Of a DNA stretch of 64,000 nt, positions 62,301 through 64,000 are shown one piece after another (positions within the stretch are counted from its first letter, which is position 1; each line of letters begins with the position of its first letter). Under the pieces are notes generated by a model. That model searched no databases. It saw nothing but the letters and a program-made list of their open reading frames with translations, and was not told where the DNA came from. The stretch is taken from positions 15,438,001 to 15,502,000 of the forward strand of contig CM060734.1 of the NCBI GenBank assembly GCA_030704615.1, given 5' to 3'. A program made the position numbers and the translations under genes. This stretch comes from Takakia lepidozioides (taxonomy: Eukaryota > Plantae > Bryophyta).

Positions 62301-63944
62301 CTATGGCCCCCTCAAATTAAAAAAAACAACTGTTCATACAGTCAACCGTTAGTTGATGGATGTAGTGCTCCAGGAAAGTAGTCTGTGCAATCGCTGAGAG
62401 ACTATACTGTTGACCACAACACAAACTGTATTACGAGAAATTCATTGAAACTCTCATTGCTCCCTTGCCTTCACATACATCATGCCCAGGGTCACGGGCG
62501 AGACCGACTCAAACAAGGAACGCTCTCTATGTTTCAAAACAACCTTGCTTACAGTTGCGCTTACAAGACCACTGTTACACTGGCATTTCCTATTGCAATA
62601 GGGGAGGAACGAACTGCAGAAACCTTCAGAACTCCGATCATTAAAGAACCTGATGAACAAAGAAGAGACCCTCATGTCCCGAGGGAGAATAGTCCAAAGA
62701 AAGACACAAACATAATCCTTGAAAACAAACCAAAGAAGGACATTCCAAGATGGCAGGTACAGATTGAACTAACTTACTCTCAGGTCAACCAGCTTTTCAC
62801 GGATTTGCATGTATCCCAAATGCAGCTTCCCGCCGAAGTGGTCCGCCAACCGCCGATCACTGGAATGTTAAGACCAAGGAACCAGCCATGATGAACAATC
62901 TACTATTCATCTCTAAAGTACGCATACTAGAGAACATCGAGTGCTACAATGCGAGAGTGGAATCGGCTTGCAAGGACCCACATTTCAATTTCCTTTCCAT
63001 CTATCTCAACAAAATACTCTTGCCTGGTTTGCTGTGGATGCTAGTTTGCTATAGATGTTACTAAATACTAAGCTTCGTCAGTACCAAAGGTGCACCAGGA
63101 TTCTGTTGACGATTAAAAAGATAAAGAACTCAATTGTTGATTCAACCATTTTAGAAGTGAACATGACCTACCACTAGGCCATGTTGAGTAGGTCACATTG
63201 ACGTGTAAATGCTACTGCTAAGTATTGATGAAAGCAAAAAAATAGTTCAAATGTTGGGAAGTTGGATGATAAAAAAGGGCTTGGAGAAACTAATGATGAG
63301 AGAAACTTATTCAATGTTGCCATCTGATGTCTTCACTGGAAAAAGTTACTTGTTCTTAAGGATGTAGAACCCCAAGCCAAGCTTCCAAACAAACTTTTGC
63401 ATCAAAACATGCCAAGTTCAAGACCCAGCTTAACAGAAACGGCTTCCAAAAAGAATGCCCAACGACTCTATGATGTGCGAAGTGAAAGACATGTGTAAGC
63501 AGAAAACTGAGCTGCATAATACATACAGTCAACATGGTGGAATGCCATCATCATCTTGAAAGACCCATAACAACTCTGCTGCCAAACACCAACGTTGGTG
63601 ATTAACGTGGGGTATATTTGTACACACTTCTAGGCTCGGGAGAACCAAATGTTCACCCTCAACAAGAATAGCCAGAATGTTCCTTGACACAGGCTTTTCT
63701 CAGTTCCAGATGCCCTAGGATAATATTAACATGGTATATCATCGTAAGCTGTGGCTTCACAAGTGCCTTAACCAGCAACCAGATGGTTACAACACTTCCC
63801 GGATCCAAAAGATCAGCAAGCAACATGGTCAAACACAAATGAGTGCAAATTCAAAAAGCAATAACATGACTAAAACCTGTTTTACCTGTCATAGATGCTC
63901 AAGAACGCTCCACAGATGTCACAGACTCGAAGCTTCTGGTCGGC
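59344..63944 (-). CDS. LUC7: LUC7-like U1 snRNP splicing factor, last six coding exons (5' part outside the window)
   Basis: Exons 63944-63886, 62859-62778, 60952-60906, 60218-59967, 59775-59725 and 59368-59344, all GT-AG and phase-compatible; ADQKLRVCDICGAFLSIYDSDRRLADHFGGKLHLGYMQIREKL zinc finger 2 and RS/RD tail ending RRNDRHDR*. Confidence 0.95.
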
Positions 63945-64000
63945 CTGCATGGACTCAGTACCTTAGAAACCATTTCTAAGCTAGAACTCCACAAATTTGC

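Overview
Eukaryotic, TE-dense window, probably from a non-seed land plant (inferred from PLS-type PPR fragments, CACTA/MULE elements and a plant LUC7). 1-18.3 kb is a nest of one chromodomain-bearing Ty3/gypsy family. It holds two minus-strand internal regions that share one LTR, a plus-strand copy inserted into that shared LTR, an extra LTR inside the latter's 3' LTR, and a solo LTR. The solo LTR sits in a 96-bp tandem array of near-perfect 32-bp palindromes. Directly downstream (about 18.7-20.8 kb) is a three-intron gene whose reconstructed protein has the motif order of a beta-class (N4-C/N6-A) DNA amino-methyltransferase, followed by a candidate transposon end. This is the top finding. 21-58.6 kb is a mosaic of LTR remnants, CACTA elements (one apparently carrying a SET-domain ORF), a ~2-2.6 kb unclassified repeat family, GCM-like and MULE transposase fragments, captured PPR fragments and palindromic repeat arrays. 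The window ends in the last six coding exons of a host LUC7 gene (minus strand). Many frameshifts are single-base indels, often in homopolymers, and may be consensus errors. All protein assignments come from motif recognition by eye, not database searches.
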